A stretch of DNA of 64,000 nt. It comes from an uncultured Collinsella sp. (lineage in GTDB: Bacteria > Actinomycetota > Coriobacteriia > Coriobacteriales > Coriobacteriaceae). Location of the stretch: contig CABRFA010000005.1 of NCBI GenBank assembly GCA_902470065.1, positions 1,566 to 65,565 on the forward strand, given 5' to 3'. The notes under the pieces are model-generated. The model ran no database searches and was not told the origin of the DNA. It was given only the letters and a program-made list of their open reading frames with translations. The translations under genes and the position numbers were made by a program. Below, in pieces: positions 9,556 through 20,155 of the stretch. Each line of letters begins with the position of its first letter. Position 1 is the first letter of the stretch.

Positions 9556-10818
9556 ATGGCAGAGAAGCTCATTCCGTTGGAGGACGCGCAGTCGATTGTC
9601 CTGTCGCACGTTGCTCCGACCGATCTCGTCGAGATTCCCGTGTGGCAGGCGGCTGGTTTTCCCTTGGCCGAGGACGCGGTGGCCGATATCGACATCTCGC
9701 CGTTTGCCAACAGCGCCATGGACGGATATGCCGTGAGCTCGGCGGACTTGGCGCAGGCATCTGGCGAGGCGCCGGTGACGCTCGACGTTATCGGACACGA
9801 GGCCGCGGGCCATGTGTTTGAGGGCGCAATCGGCGCGGGCGAGACGGTCCGCATCATGACGGGCGCGCCGGTACCCGAGGGTGCCGATGCCGTGGTGAAG
9901 TACGAGATCGTCGATGTGCTCGACGGTGACGGCAACGAGGGCTCGCGTGTGGGGTTCTCGGCGCCGGCCAAGGTGGGGGAGAACGTTCGCTCTGCCGCCG
10001 AGGAGGCCCATGCCGGCGATGTTGTGATGCATGCCGGCGAGGTTGTGGCTCCGGCGGGCGCCGGCTTGCTGGCAAGTGCCGGATACGCGAGCGTGAAGGT
10101 GCACGCTGCCCCACGTGTGGGCATCATCTCGCTGGGCACGGAACTGGTCGCACCGAGCAAGGTACCGGCGCGCGGTCAGATTCGCGATTCCAACTCCTCG
10201 GCGCTGATGGCTGAGGCACTCGATGCCGGTGCCGAGCCCGTGTTCTACGGCATTGCGCCCGATGATGAGCAGGCGATTGCCGAGCTTGTGCATCGCGCCG
10301 TGCAGGAGTGCGATTTTGTCATTACGAGCGGCGGTGCCTCGGCGGGCGACTACGACTATGTGACGGCGCTGGTCCAGCGCGAGGGCGAGGTGCTCTTCGA
10401 TCGCATCTCGATGCGCCCCGGCAAGGCCATCACGTTTGGCTTGCTCGGAGGTAAGCCCTACCTGGGGCTTTCAGGCAATCCAGCGGCGGCTTATGTGGGC
10501 TTTGAGATGCTTGCCCGTCCGGCGATTCGCAAGATGCGCGGTTTTGCCGAGGTTGCGCGTCCCGTGCAGCAGGCGACGCTCACGCACGGCGTGAAAAAGC
10601 GACAGCATCGCCGCTTCTTCGATCGCGCCACGGTTTTGCGCGACCCCGAGACCGGTGAGTTGTTGGTGACCGAGGCCAAGACGCAGAATTCGGCGTTGCT
10701 CGGCACGATGCAGCGGGCCAACTGCCTGCTGCGTATTGACGAAGGACCGTGCGAGCTCAAGGCGGGAGATGCCGTGGACGTTGTTCGCGTCGACCTGCCC
10801 GACGGCGCCGTGTTGTAG
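9556..10818 (+). CDS. moeA: Molybdopterin molybdotransferase MoeA
   Basis: PFANSAMDGYAV, RIMTGAPVPEGADAVV, IRDSNS, SGGASAGDYD, MRPGK, SGNP. Confidence 0.95.
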   Translation: MAEKLIPLEDAQSIVLSHVAPTDLVEIPVWQAAGFPLAEDAVADIDISPFANSAMDGYAVSSADLAQASGEAPVTLDVIGHEAAGHVFEGAIGAGETVRIMTGAPVPEGADAVVKYEIVDVLDGDGNEGSRVGFSAPAKVGENVRSAAEEAHAGDVVMHAGEVVAPAGAGLLASAGYASVKVHAAPRVGIISLGTELVAPSKVPARGQIRDSNSSALMAEALDAGAEPVFYGIAPDDEQAIAELVHRAVQECDFVITSGGASAGDYDYVTALVQREGEVLFDRISMRPGKAITFGLLGGKPYLGLSGNPAAAYVGFEMLARPAIRKMRGFAEVARPVQQATLTHGVKKRQHRRFFDRATVLRDPETGELLVTEAKTQNSALLGTMQRANCLLRIDEGPCELKAGDAVDVVRVDLPDGAVL

Positions 10819-10828
10819 GAGGAATGCT

Positions 10829-11308
10829 ATGGAGCTGAAGATATCGATCGTGACGTGCTCGGATACGCGCGATCTTGCCCGGGACGAGGCGGGTGCTGCG
10901 CTCGAAGAACTCATCGTGGCGCAGGGCTGGACGGTCGCCTCACATGTGGTCGTGCGCGACGACGCCAGCGAGATCGGTGATGCCATTGTGGAAGCCGCCG
11001 ATGAGTGCCACGCCAATGTCGTGCTTACCTGCGGCGGCACGGGGCTTTCGATGCGCGATGTGACGCCCGAGGCGACGCGTGCCGTCTGCGACCGTGATGT
11101 GCCGGGTATTGCCGAGGCAATCCGTGCGTACTCCATGACCAAGACGCGCCGCGCCATGCTCTCGCGCGCTATTTGCATGCAACGAGGTCATACACTTGTC
11201 GTAAACTTTCCCGGTTCTACGAAGGCCGCCCGCGAAAGCTGGGAGGCCATAGCAGACCAGCTGGAGCATGCGGCTCAGATGACGGCGGGCGGCGGACATA
11301 CCAACTAA
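10829..11308 (+). CDS. mog: MogA/MoaB molybdopterin adenylyltransferase
   Basis: TCSD, GGTGLSMRDVTPEAT, PGIAEAIR, AMLSRA, NFPGS. Confidence 0.88.
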   Translation: MELKISIVTCSDTRDLARDEAGAALEELIVAQGWTVASHVVVRDDASEIGDAIVEAADECHANVVLTCGGTGLSMRDVTPEATRAVCDRDVPGIAEAIRAYSMTKTRRAMLSRAICMQRGHTLVVNFPGSTKAARESWEAIADQLEHAAQMTAGGGHTN

Positions 11309-11325
11309 GCGGTTTACCTGCGGTG

Positions 11326-11358
11326 GGGCGACCTTATCGGTCGCTCCGCTTTTGTTTT
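11326..11358 (+). terminator. Terminator after mog
   Basis: ggggcgacc-ttatc-ggtcgctcc followed by gctttgtttt. Confidence 0.7.
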
Positions 11359-11511
11359 CCGCCGAATCGACGCCGAGGTGTACGATAACTCGAAACTATA
11401 TTCTCTGGCGAGAATAATTTCTCACTATCATTATTCGCGCGGAAGTATAATCTGATTGCAGATTAAAGCCCGCGGTTGGGTACCCGGGCACAAGGTCCGA
11501 AAGGGTTGAAT

Positions 11512-12387
11512 ATGTTCGATATGGTTTCACGCCGCGGATTCGTTTCGCTTTCTGTTGTCGCCACTGCCGGCCTTGGTCTTGCCGGCTGTTCGGGCAGCAA
11601 GACGTCCGAGCCGGCCGGATCCGATGCCGGTTCTGCTAAGGCATCTTCCAAGAAGGAAACCGTCGAGCTGCAGGTCTTTGCCGCCAACTCGCTCGAGAAG
11701 GCTCTGCCCGAGGTTCAGGAGCTTTACACCGACCAGACCGGCACCACCTTTGCCGACACGCAGTTTAAGGCGTCCGGCGACCTTGTCGAGCAGATGCGTG
11801 CCGGCGCCACGGTCGACGTGCTCATCACCGCTTCCAAGGGCACCATGGATGACGCTGAGACCGCCGGGCTCGTCGACGCCGACACGCGTGAGGATATGTT
11901 CGCCAACGACCTCGTGATTATTCGCGCCGAGGGCTCCGACACCAAGGTCGAGGCCATCGCCGACGTCGCGAACCTGGACGGCAAGATCGCCATCGGCGAT
12001 GCCAAGACCGTTCCGGCCGGCAAGTACGCCAACCAGGCGCTGGCTTCTGTGGGCCTTTATACCGGCACCGAGGGCGACGACGGCGAGTATGCGCCCGAGA
12101 TCGCCGACAAGGTGGCCCTGGCCGACAAAGTTGGTACCGCCGCCGCCTATGTGTCCACGGGCGACTGCGTGGCTGGCTTTGTCTACAGCTCCGATATCTT
12201 CCGCTACGACGGCATCGAGGAGGCCTTCGTGTGCCCCGAGGATTCGCACAAGCCCATCGTGTATCCGGGCGCCGTTGCCGAGAGCTCCGAGCACGCCGAC
12301 GAGGCCAAGGCGTTCATCGACTTCTGTCTGACCAACAAGAAGGCTCAGAAGATTTGGGCCAAGTACGGCTTTGAGCTTTCCGAGTAG
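11512..12387 (+). CDS. modA: Molybdate ABC transporter substrate-binding lipoprotein
   Basis: SRRGF leader with LAGC lipobox; VFAANSL, ASGDL, VPAGKYA, GFVYSSD, PIVYP, KYGF. Confidence 0.92.
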   Translation: MFDMVSRRGFVSLSVVATAGLGLAGCSGSKTSEPAGSDAGSAKASSKKETVELQVFAANSLEKALPEVQELYTDQTGTTFADTQFKASGDLVEQMRAGATVDVLITASKGTMDDAETAGLVDADTREDMFANDLVIIRAEGSDTKVEAIADVANLDGKIAIGDAKTVPAGKYANQALASVGLYTGTEGDDGEYAPEIADKVALADKVGTAAAYVSTGDCVAGFVYSSDIFRYDGIEEAFVCPEDSHKPIVYPGAVAESSEHADEAKAFIDFCLTNKKAQKIWAKYGFELSE

Positions 12388-12443
12388 CGCTGCTTGGCGC
12401 GATAATTCCATCGTTTTGTGTTTCACTTCGTCCTTGTATTCGC

Positions 12444-13898
12444 TTGGAGCTTTTCGTGCTTAATAGATTCCGCATGCTTGTCGCCTGTGCTTTGACCTTC
12501 GCGCTTTGCTGGGTGCCGGGATTTGCGTTTGCTGGGGACGCTGAGAACGGGGCCCAGGTTGCTGCGACCGCTCATGGGCTTTCCTATGGGATCGAGGGTT
12601 TTGAGCGGTTGGCCAAGGGGACCGCTCGTGCCATGGAGGGCCAGCCTGAGGGCTACCGGTTTCCCGTTGACGAGGACGTTGACCTTGTAGTGGCGCCTGC
12701 TGCCGATCGCGTTGTGGTGTGGATATCGCCCAAGGCGGTCGAGAAGTATGGATTGGATCCGCAGGACAACGAGTGCGTATCGGGTCTGAAGGCCCTCGTC
12801 TGTGAGCTCGACAGCGCAAACTGCATGGGAGGTGCGCAGCTAGGGGACGTGGATCTTCCTTGGTATGTTACGGCGGAAACAACGTTTGAATCCGGCGGGT
12901 ATACCTATGGCTTTGACGAGCGCGGTGCGGATGGGGACCGTTATGTGGTGATTGCATCAGCCTCGGGTGATGCCAAGGGCGGCGCGCGTTGGCTTGATAG
13001 CGCTCAAATGGTAGAAGCGTCGTCTGTCGTGTTGCGGGATGAGCGGGGGCCCTTGACCTCTCTGGCCTCCTTTTTGGGCGACATCGACTATCGCCCGTTT
13101 TGGGTGTCCATAAAAACGAGCGGCCTTGCCCTGCTGATCTCCTTTGCGCTGGGCCTGTTTGCCGCGTGGAAGACCATGGGTACCTCGAGTCGCATCAAGG
13201 GCCTGCTCGACTCGGTCTTTACCATCCCTATGGTGTTGCCGCCTACGGTGTGCGGCTTTCTGCTCCTCATGCTGTTTGGCCGCTCGACCGGGGTGGGCCA
13301 GTGGCTCATCGCACACGGTATCTCGATCGTCTTTACCTGGCCCGCGGCGGTGATCTCTGCCGTGGTGGTGTCGTTTCCCCTGGTCTACCGCACGGCGCTC
13401 GGTGCCTTTGAGAGCCTAGACATGCAGATGCTCGACGCCGCGCGAACTCTGGGATGGTCCGAGCGTCGCATCTTTACCAAGCTTATGATGCCGCTTGGTT
13501 GGCCCTCGATTGCCGCCGGCACGGTGCTCGCCTTTGCCCGCGCGATGGGCGAGTTTGGCTGCACCCTGTTCTTTGCGGGCAACTACGCCGGCATTACCCA
13601 GACCATCCCCATCGCCATCTACTTTGAGTGGATGGGCGGCAACACCTCGGTGGCCCTCTTTTGGGTCGCCGTCGTGATCGTCTTTAGCTTTTTGGTCATC
13701 CTGTTCATCAACATGTATACGGCACATTCGCAAAAGTACCGCGAGCGTGGCCTTTCCCGTGCGGAGCGCAAGAAGGCCAAAGAGCTCGCCGGTCAGAGCG
13801 ATTCGCTCGACCCGGCGGGCGGCGATGCCCTGCGTATCGATCGCGAGGCATTGGCTGAGCTCATGCGCGATGAGCCCGCTATTCAGGGAGGTCGATAG
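12444..13898 (+). CDS. modB: Molybdate ABC permease ModB with a large N-terminal extra domain
   Basis: The C-terminal half has IPMVLPPTVCGF, DAARTLG and FARAMGEFG; about 215 extra N-terminal residues begin with a signal-like segment. Start uncertain. Confidence 0.88.
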   Translation: MELFVLNRFRMLVACALTFALCWVPGFAFAGDAENGAQVAATAHGLSYGIEGFERLAKGTARAMEGQPEGYRFPVDEDVDLVVAPAADRVVVWISPKAVEKYGLDPQDNECVSGLKALVCELDSANCMGGAQLGDVDLPWYVTAETTFESGGYTYGFDERGADGDRYVVIASASGDAKGGARWLDSAQMVEASSVVLRDERGPLTSLASFLGDIDYRPFWVSIKTSGLALLISFALGLFAAWKTMGTSSRIKGLLDSVFTIPMVLPPTVCGFLLLMLFGRSTGVGQWLIAHGISIVFTWPAAVISAVVVSFPLVYRTALGAFESLDMQMLDAARTLGWSERRIFTKLMMPLGWPSIAAGTVLAFARAMGEFGCTLFFAGNYAGITQTIPIAIYFEWMGGNTSVALFWVAVVIVFSFLVILFINMYTAHSQKYRERGLSRAERKKAKELAGQSDSLDPAGGDALRIDREALAELMRDEPAIQGGR

Positions 13899-13901
13899 GC
13901 C

Positions 13902-14972
13902 ATGTCACTCGTTCTGGATATTAAAAAGCGCTATCCGGGTTTTATGCTCGATATGCAGCTTGAGGCCGGTGAGGAGCGTGTGGCGCTGCTGGGTGCCTCG
14001 GGCTGCGGCAAGAGTTGCACGCTGCGCTGCATTGCTGGTGTGGAGACGCCCGACGAGGGCAAGATCGTCGTCAACGGCGTGACCTTTTTTGACTCGGCGG
14101 CGGGCATCAACCTGTCGCCCCAGGAGCGCAAATGCGCCCTGCTGTTCCAAAACTATCAGCTGTTTCCCAACATGACGGTGGCCGATAACGTATGCGCCGG
14201 TGTAAAGGACGCGGGTGACGCCGCCGCGCGCAAAAAACTCGCCGAGCGCTATCTGGGCATTTTCGGTCTAGCCGATTTTGCCGACCGCTATCCCGCGCGC
14301 CTCTCGGGCGGTCAGCAGCAACGTGTGGCGCTTGCCCGTATGGTGGCGGCGCACCCGGGCATCTTTATGTTCGACGAGCCCATGAGCGCACTCGATTCCT
14401 ATCTTAAGAGCGCCCTCGAACAGAACATGCTCGACCTGTTCGATGTATGCAACCGCACCGTGCTCTATGTGAGCCACGACATCGACGAAGCGTGCCGCCT
14501 GTGCCAGCGCATCTGCGTGATGCACGACGGGCATGTTGAGGAGATCGGCTCCGTCGAGGACGTGGTCCGCCGCCCGCAGACGCTGGCGGCGCTGCGCCTG
14601 ACGGGCTGCAAGAACACAAGCCGGGCGCGCAAGATCGGCGACGAAGAAGTTGAGGCCCTCGACTGGGGCATGACTTTTAACGTGGGTCGCGAGGTTCCCG
14701 ATAATGTGGCGTACCTGGGCGTTCGCGCAAGCTATTTCCATGTTGATAATCGCGTTGAGCGGGGCCGTAACAGCTACGATTTGCATGTGGCCCGTGTGAG
14801 CGATTCGCGCTTTGAGCGGCTGGTATTGCTGGACGTGCCGCGCGCTGATGCGCCCACGCGTCTGCAGTGGAAGGTCAACAAAGTGGGCGTGCCTGTCGAC
14901 GAGCTGCCGCAAGCAGGCGAAACGCTACGCATGCACTTCGATGCGAGTAAGATCCATCTGGTTTGTCGGTAG
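13902..14972 (+). CDS. modC: Molybdate ABC transporter ATP-binding protein
   Basis: Walker A GASGCGKS, LSGGQQQRVALAR, DEPMSALD, VSHD. Confidence 0.9.
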   Translation: MSLVLDIKKRYPGFMLDMQLEAGEERVALLGASGCGKSCTLRCIAGVETPDEGKIVVNGVTFFDSAAGINLSPQERKCALLFQNYQLFPNMTVADNVCAGVKDAGDAAARKKLAERYLGIFGLADFADRYPARLSGGQQQRVALARMVAAHPGIFMFDEPMSALDSYLKSALEQNMLDLFDVCNRTVLYVSHDIDEACRLCQRICVMHDGHVEEIGSVEDVVRRPQTLAALRLTGCKNTSRARKIGDEEVEALDWGMTFNVGREVPDNVAYLGVRASYFHVDNRVERGRNSYDLHVARVSDSRFERLVLLDVPRADAPTRLQWKVNKVGVPVDELPQAGETLRMHFDASKIHLVCR

Positions 14973-15401
14973 CGCCGGGTAATGCCGTCGGGGATATAAG
15001 TCTCGGCGGCTTTGTCTTGCCGTTCGCCTAATGGGGAATGACAAACTCTTATCAACACAGATAATTATTTATTAAACGGCGGCACACGACGCTGTCGTAC
15101 GAATGTCAACGGTGTTCGCATGGTCGACGACCGTTGATATAGTTGACCTTAACTTGTAAAGGAGGACGCGCACATGCCGCAGACGACATACATTCGCCGC
15201 GTTGCCGCGCGCGCCCTGTATATGGCTCGGAGTCGCATATGAGCAGGTATGTTCACGGCTCCGGGAGAGACGACGCACAACTAAATAATCGACCGCAAAG
15301 CAGGTTCCCCAAAATTCCGGGTTTAGGCACGGCTGGGTTTTCGCCGCCCACCGTGCAGCAATACCGTAGTTATCCGTATTTGGTTCGAGAGGGGAACCGT
15401 C

Positions 15402-16685
15402 ATGGCTGAAGAATTCGATTTCCATCCGATGTGGGAGAGCCTCGGCATGAATCTTGCCGATCACGACATGCTGCTGGGCGCTGTGGGCCAGATGTACGGC
15501 GATATGTTCCTGACGCAGAACAATCGCCCCAAGTCCACGTCCTACCTGGATTTTGTCGCCACCAACATCCACAGCGGCCGTATTAAGGAGATGCTCGACA
15601 AGAAGGAGGCCGGCGAGGCCACCAAGATCGTCGGTTCGTTCTGCGTGTACGTGCCCGAGGAGATCGTGCTTGCCTGTGACGGCATTCCCGTTGGTCTGTG
15701 CTCGGGTGCCGATTGGGCAACCGATAAGGTCGAGGAGCACCTGCCGCGCAACACCTGTCCGCTTATCAAGAGCTTTGCCGGCTTTAAGCTGGGCGAGGTC
15801 TGCCCCTACATTGAGTCGAGTGACCTGGTGGTAGGCGAGAACTCCTGCGACGGTAAGAAGAAAGCCTACGAGTTCTTTGCCACGCAAAAGAACATGTACG
15901 TCATGGATATTCCCAACGTACACGACGAGTCGACGCTCGTGACCTGGAAGGCCGAGGTCAAGAAGCTCGCCGCCAAGATCGAGGACGAGTGCGGCGTCAA
16001 GATTACGCCCGAGCGTCTGAAGGCTGCCATCCACGCCGTCAATGAGAAGCGCCGCGCCCTGCAGCGCCTCGCTGAGACCCGCGCTGCCGACCCTGCGCCC
16101 ATCAGCGGTCTCGACAGCCTGCTGACCGTTCAGGCCGCCTTTATGGACGACACACCGCGTCTGACCGGAGCCATCAACGATATGGCGGCTGAGTGCGAGC
16201 AGCGTGTCGAGGCCGGCGAGGGCGTGGCACCCAAGGGGACCAAGCGCATCCTGTACACCGGTACGCCCATGGCCGTGCCCAACTGGAAGCTGTTCAACCT
16301 TATCGAGAAGGCCGGCGGCGTTGTGGTGGGCGAGGAGTCCTGCACTGGTTCGCGCTATTACAAGGACTTGGTCGATGAGTCCGGTGAGACGGTTGACGAG
16401 ATGCTCGATGCTATCGCCGAGCGCTACTTTAAGATCAACTGCGCCGTCTTTACGCCCAACGACCAGCGTATGAAGGACATTGTCCAGATGGCCAAGGACC
16501 TGCATGCCGATGGCATCGTCGACGTGGCCCTGCAGTTCTGCACGCTCTACGAGATGGAGTCGTTTGCCGTGGAGAAGGCCGCCGAAGAGGCCGGCATCCC
16601 GTTTATGCACATCACGACCGACTACGCCGGCGAGGATGCAGGCCAACTGCAAACCAGGATTGAGGCTTTCTTGGAAACCATTTAG
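15402..16685 (+). CDS. Double-cubane-cluster / 2-hydroxyacyl-CoA dehydratase family reductase, paralog 1
   Basis: [67 protein letters not shown]. Confidence 0.85.
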   Translation: MAEEFDFHPMWESLGMNLADHDMLLGAVGQMYGDMFLTQNNRPKSTSYLDFVATNIHSGRIKEMLDKKEAGEATKIVGSFCVYVPEEIVLACDGIPVGLCSGADWATDKVEEHLPRNTCPLIKSFAGFKLGEVCPYIESSDLVVGENSCDGKKKAYEFFATQKNMYVMDIPNVHDESTLVTWKAEVKKLAAKIEDECGVKITPERLKAAIHAVNEKRRALQRLAETRAADPAPISGLDSLLTVQAAFMDDTPRLTGAINDMAAECEQRVEAGEGVAPKGTKRILYTGTPMAVPNWKLFNLIEKAGGVVVGEESCTGSRYYKDLVDESGETVDEMLDAIAERYFKINCAVFTPNDQRMKDIVQMAKDLHADGIVDVALQFCTLYEMESFAVEKAAEEAGIPFMHITTDYAGEDAGQLQTRIEAFLETI

Positions 16686-16700
16686 GGCTATCCGGTCCAG

Positions 16701-16802
16701 CGGCTTCCCCAAGCACCCGATCTTGCCGTTCAAACCATCGCTTGCATACCAAAGTACGCGGCGCTCCTCTTTCACGGCAACCTCGGGCACCTGGGAAAGC
16801 CG
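16701..16802. repeat. Structured repeat family B, after reductase 1
   Basis: About 100-nt nested hairpin, homologous to 18001-18104. Confidence 0.8.
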
Positions 16803-16839
16803 TTTCCTTGGTTGGTTAAAAGGTTTGTTAAGGAGTTAT

Positions 16840-18003
16840 ATGTCGGAAAATATTGAGCAGCCGTTGCCGTCCACGTTTGAGGAGTTCAACGAGCAACGCA
16901 AGGCGGCGTTTATTCGCGTCAAGGATTATAAGCAGGCGGGTAATCGCCTGGTCGGTTTTCTGTGCAGCTACACGCCGCTCGAGATTATCGATGCCGCGGG
17001 GGCTGCGAGCGTGGCGCTGTGCGGCACGTCCGACGAGGTGATTCCCGAGGCCGAGAAGGTGCTGCCGGCAAACCTCTGCCCGCTCATCAAGTCGACGTAC
17101 GGTTTTGCCTATTCGCAAAAGTGCCCGTTTACGTACTTTAGCGACATGATCATCGGCGAGACCACCTGCGACGGCAAGAAGAAGATGTACGAGCTACTCA
17201 ACGAGCTTAAGCGCACGCACATTCTGCACCTGCCGCAGGGTCGCGATCGCGCCTACGAGCGTGAGGGCTGGTACGAGGAGTGCCGTCTGCTCAAGGAAGA
17301 GCTCGAGAACTTCTACGGCATCACTATCACCGATGACGACCTGCGCGCTGCCGTCCGTCGTCGCAACCGCCTGCGCGCGGCCCAGCTCGAGATGTTTGCG
17401 CTTCAGGCCAACCAGCCGGCGGCCATGAGCGGTGTCGACCTGATGAGCACCATGTTTGCCGGTACGTTCAGCTTTGATATCGAGGCTTATACGCAGCAGC
17501 TGGAGCAAAAGGTTGCCAAGCTGCGCGAGGCCTACGACGCAGGTGAGCGCCCGGTCGCGGCAGACGCCAAGCGCATTCTGATCACCGGCTGCCCGGTGGG
17601 CGGCGTGATCAACAAGATCGGCCGTACCATCGAGTCCAACGGCGGCGTGGTCGTGTGTATGGACGACTGCTCGGGAGAGCGCACGGCGGCCATGATGATC
17701 GACCCGGAGGCTCCCGATATCCTGCGCGCGATTGCCGACCGCTACCTGGACATTAACTGCTCGGTCATGACGCCCAACGACGGTCGTATGGAAAACACGC
17801 TGGCCATGTGCGAGAAGTACCATGTCGATGGCGTGGTAGAGAGCGTGCTGCAGGCCTGCCACACCTTTAACGTTGAGAGCGCACGCATGCAGGAGGCCGT
17901 CGAGGGTGCGGGTATTCCGTATATGAAGATCGAGACCGACTACAGCAACGGCGACATGGGTCAGATCGAGACCCGCATCGCCGCCTTTATCGAAACCCTC
18001 TAG
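16840..18003 (+). CDS. Double-cubane-cluster / 2-hydroxyacyl-CoA dehydratase family reductase, paralog 2
   Basis: [69 protein letters not shown] before ATG at 16840. Confidence 0.85.
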   Translation: MSENIEQPLPSTFEEFNEQRKAAFIRVKDYKQAGNRLVGFLCSYTPLEIIDAAGAASVALCGTSDEVIPEAEKVLPANLCPLIKSTYGFAYSQKCPFTYFSDMIIGETTCDGKKKMYELLNELKRTHILHLPQGRDRAYEREGWYEECRLLKEELENFYGITITDDDLRAAVRRRNRLRAAQLEMFALQANQPAAMSGVDLMSTMFAGTFSFDIEAYTQQLEQKVAKLREAYDAGERPVAADAKRILITGCPVGGVINKIGRTIESNGGVVVCMDDCSGERTAAMMIDPEAPDILRAIADRYLDINCSVMTPNDGRMENTLAMCEKYHVDGVVESVLQACHTFNVESARMQEAVEGAGIPYMKIETDYSNGDMGQIETRIAAFIETL

Positions 18004-18104
18004 CTTCCTCAGGCACCGGATCTTGCCCCTCAAACCGTCGCTTGCGAACCCAAAGTACGCTGCGCTCCTCTTTCGGGGCAATCTCCGGCACCTGAGAAAC
18101 CTAG
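18001..18104. repeat. Structured repeat family B, after reductase 2
   Basis: Homologous to 16701-16802 (gatcttgcc..caaacc.tcgcttgc..ccaaagtacgc.gcgctcctctttc..ggcaa). Confidence 0.8.
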
Positions 18105-18158
18105 AGCTAAGGCGCCTGAACGCGCCGCTACCTTTGATGTTTAGATTGGGAGAGAGCC

Positions 18159-18923
18159 ATGATAGGGATCGGGATCGATATCGGGTCTACGGCGGCTAAG
18201 GCTGCTGTGGTCGACGGGGAGGGTTCGGTGGCGTGGACGTGCGTGCAGCCAACCGGGTTCTCCTCGGTCGATGCTTCCGAGCGGCTGCGCGAGGCACTGG
18301 CAGCGGCTGGCTACGACGTGGCTGCCGACGACGTGCGCGTGATCGCGACCGGCTACGGCCGTGTCGCCGTGCCCTATGCGCACAAGGTCGTGACCGAGAT
18401 CACCTGCCACGGCACCGGTGCCGTGCGCCTGTTTGGCGATCACGGCACGGTGATTGACGTGGGCGGCCAGGACACCAAGGTCATTCAGCTTAAAAGTGGC
18501 CGCGTGGCCAAGTTCGCCATGAACGACAAGTGCGCTGCCGGTACGGGGCGCTTTTTGGAGATCATGGCCGACCGTCTGGGTATTTCCCAACAGCAGATGG
18601 CCGACCTTGCGCGTTCCGGTGAGCCCACCAAGATCAGCAGCATGTGCACGGTGTTTGCCGAAAGCGAGGTCATCAGCCTGATCGGTCGCGGTGAGCCGCG
18701 CGAGAACATTGCACGTGGCGTGATCGACAGCGTGGTCTCGCGCGTGGCGACCATGGCCGGGCAGGCCGCGGGCGCCCCGTACTACCTGACCGGTGGTCTG
18801 TGCGAGAACGCCTTCGTGGTGGAGCGGTTGGGCGAGCTGCTGGGGTCGCCGGTGACCACCTCGCCCCAGGCTCGCTTTGCCGGAGCGATTGGCGCGGCGA
18901 TTCGCGCCGCCGCCTTGGCCTAG
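18159..18923 (+). CDS. ATP-dependent acyl-CoA dehydratase activase (HgdC/BadF, ASKHA fold)
   Basis: GIDIGSTAAK, ATGYGR, TEITCH, IDVGGQDTK, MNDKCAAGTGRFLE, SMCTVFAESE. Confidence 0.92.
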   Translation: MIGIGIDIGSTAAKAAVVDGEGSVAWTCVQPTGFSSVDASERLREALAAAGYDVAADDVRVIATGYGRVAVPYAHKVVTEITCHGTGAVRLFGDHGTVIDVGGQDTKVIQLKSGRVAKFAMNDKCAAGTGRFLEIMADRLGISQQQMADLARSGEPTKISSMCTVFAESEVISLIGRGEPRENIARGVIDSVVSRVATMAGQAAGAPYYLTGGLCENAFVVERLGELLGSPVTTSPQARFAGAIGAAIRAAALA

Positions 18924-18937
18924 GGGTGTACCGCGAC

Positions 18938-20155
18938 ATGCGCATCCTCAATATCACGGCACAAAAACCAGATAGCACCGGCAGCGGCACCTACCTTGCC
19001 GCGCTTGTGCGCGAGCAGATCGAGACGGGGCATCGCGCCGCCGTGCTTTGCGGTGCGGCGCCGGGTGATACCCAAGGCGAGCTGGACCGGCGTGCTGCCG
19101 TGTTTGCCGTACCGTTCGAGTCGCCCGAGCTGCCGTTTCCCATCTGCGGTATGTCCGATGTCATGCCCTATCCCTCTACACGCTATCGTGACCTGACGCC
19201 TTCGATGCTCAAGGCATTTGAGCGGGCATTTGCTAATGCAATCGATCGGGCGGTGACTGAGTTTCGGCCCGATCTGGTGCTCTGCCATCACCTGTATCTG
19301 GTGACCGCATTGGCGCGCGAGTGCGTCCGGGGCGTGCCGGTTGTTGCCGTGTGCCATTCGACCGATCTGCGACAGCTGCGTTCGCATGCGCTCGAGCGCG
19401 ATCGCATCGTACGTGCGGTTCGTCGGCTCGATGCCGTCTTTGCGCTCCATGCTGAGCAGGCTGAGCAGATTGGCCTGGTGTGCGGCGTCGATGCCGATCG
19501 CATCCACGTGATTGGGACGGGTTACGACCATCGCGTCTTCTGCCGCGACGCAAGCGTGGCGAGGCAGCCGGGATCGCTTGTGTACGTGGGCAAGATTTGC
19601 TTTAAAAAGGGCATCGAGTCGCTGGTTCGAGCCGTGTCATTGCCGATTGACGATGACGTCCGCTCATCTGGCTTGGTACTCGTGGGCGGCCGCGGGGACG
19701 ATGCCGAGTACGCGCGTATCGAGCGCTTGGCCGCGGCCTCGGATGTGCCGGTGACGCTGACGGGGCGCCTGGATAGCGATGGACTCGTGCATGCCTACCG
19801 CAGTTCCGACGTCTTTGTGCTGCCTTCGTTTTACGAGGGTCTGCCGCTCGTGACGATTGAGGCCCTCGCGTGCGGCTGCAAAGTTGTGGCGACCGATTTG
19901 CCCGGCGTTCGTCCCTGGATGGAGGCGATGCTTCCCGGTGCTCCCGTGACGTGGGTGGCGTCGCCGCGTATGACGGATGTCGACACGCCCGTGGCGGCCG
20001 ACCTTCCGTTGTTTGAGCGCGCACTGGCAGATGCTATCGCGCAGGCGCTTGCGGCGCCGCCTTCGACGTTCGAGCCGTCGGCAGTCTCTTGGGAAGCGTG
20101 CCTGGGGCGTATACTTAGAGTCGTTGATTTGTTGGAAGGGGGTTCGTATGGCTAA
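18938..20155 (+). CDS. Glycosyltransferase family 4 (GT-B fold)
   Basis: AQKPDSTGSG N-terminus, YVGK...KG, and the E-x7-E motif VFVLPSFYEGLPLVTIEALACG; 3' end overlaps the selD start. Confidence 0.88.
   Translation: MRILNITAQKPDSTGSGTYLAALVREQIETGHRAAVLCGAAPGDTQGELDRRAAVFAVPFESPELPFPICGMSDVMPYPSTRYRDLTPSMLKAFERAFANAIDRAVTEFRPDLVLCHHLYLVTALARECVRGVPVVAVCHSTDLRQLRSHALERDRIVRAVRRLDAVFALHAEQAEQIGLVCGVDADRIHVIGTGYDHRVFCRDASVARQPGSLVYVGKICFKKGIESLVRAVSLPIDDDVRSSGLVLVGGRGDDAEYARIERLAAASDVPVTLTGRLDSDGLVHAYRSSDVFVLPSFYEGLPLVTIEALACGCKVVATDLPGVRPWMEAMLPGAPVTWVASPRMTDVDTPVAADLPLFERALADAIAQALAAPPSTFEPSAVSWEACLGRILRVVDLLEGGSYG

Noticed and set aside
16480..16839. N-terminal extension of the second reductase given in the ORF track
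   Set aside because: It overlaps the upstream gene and a repeat; a strong AAGGAG RBS supports the start at 16840.
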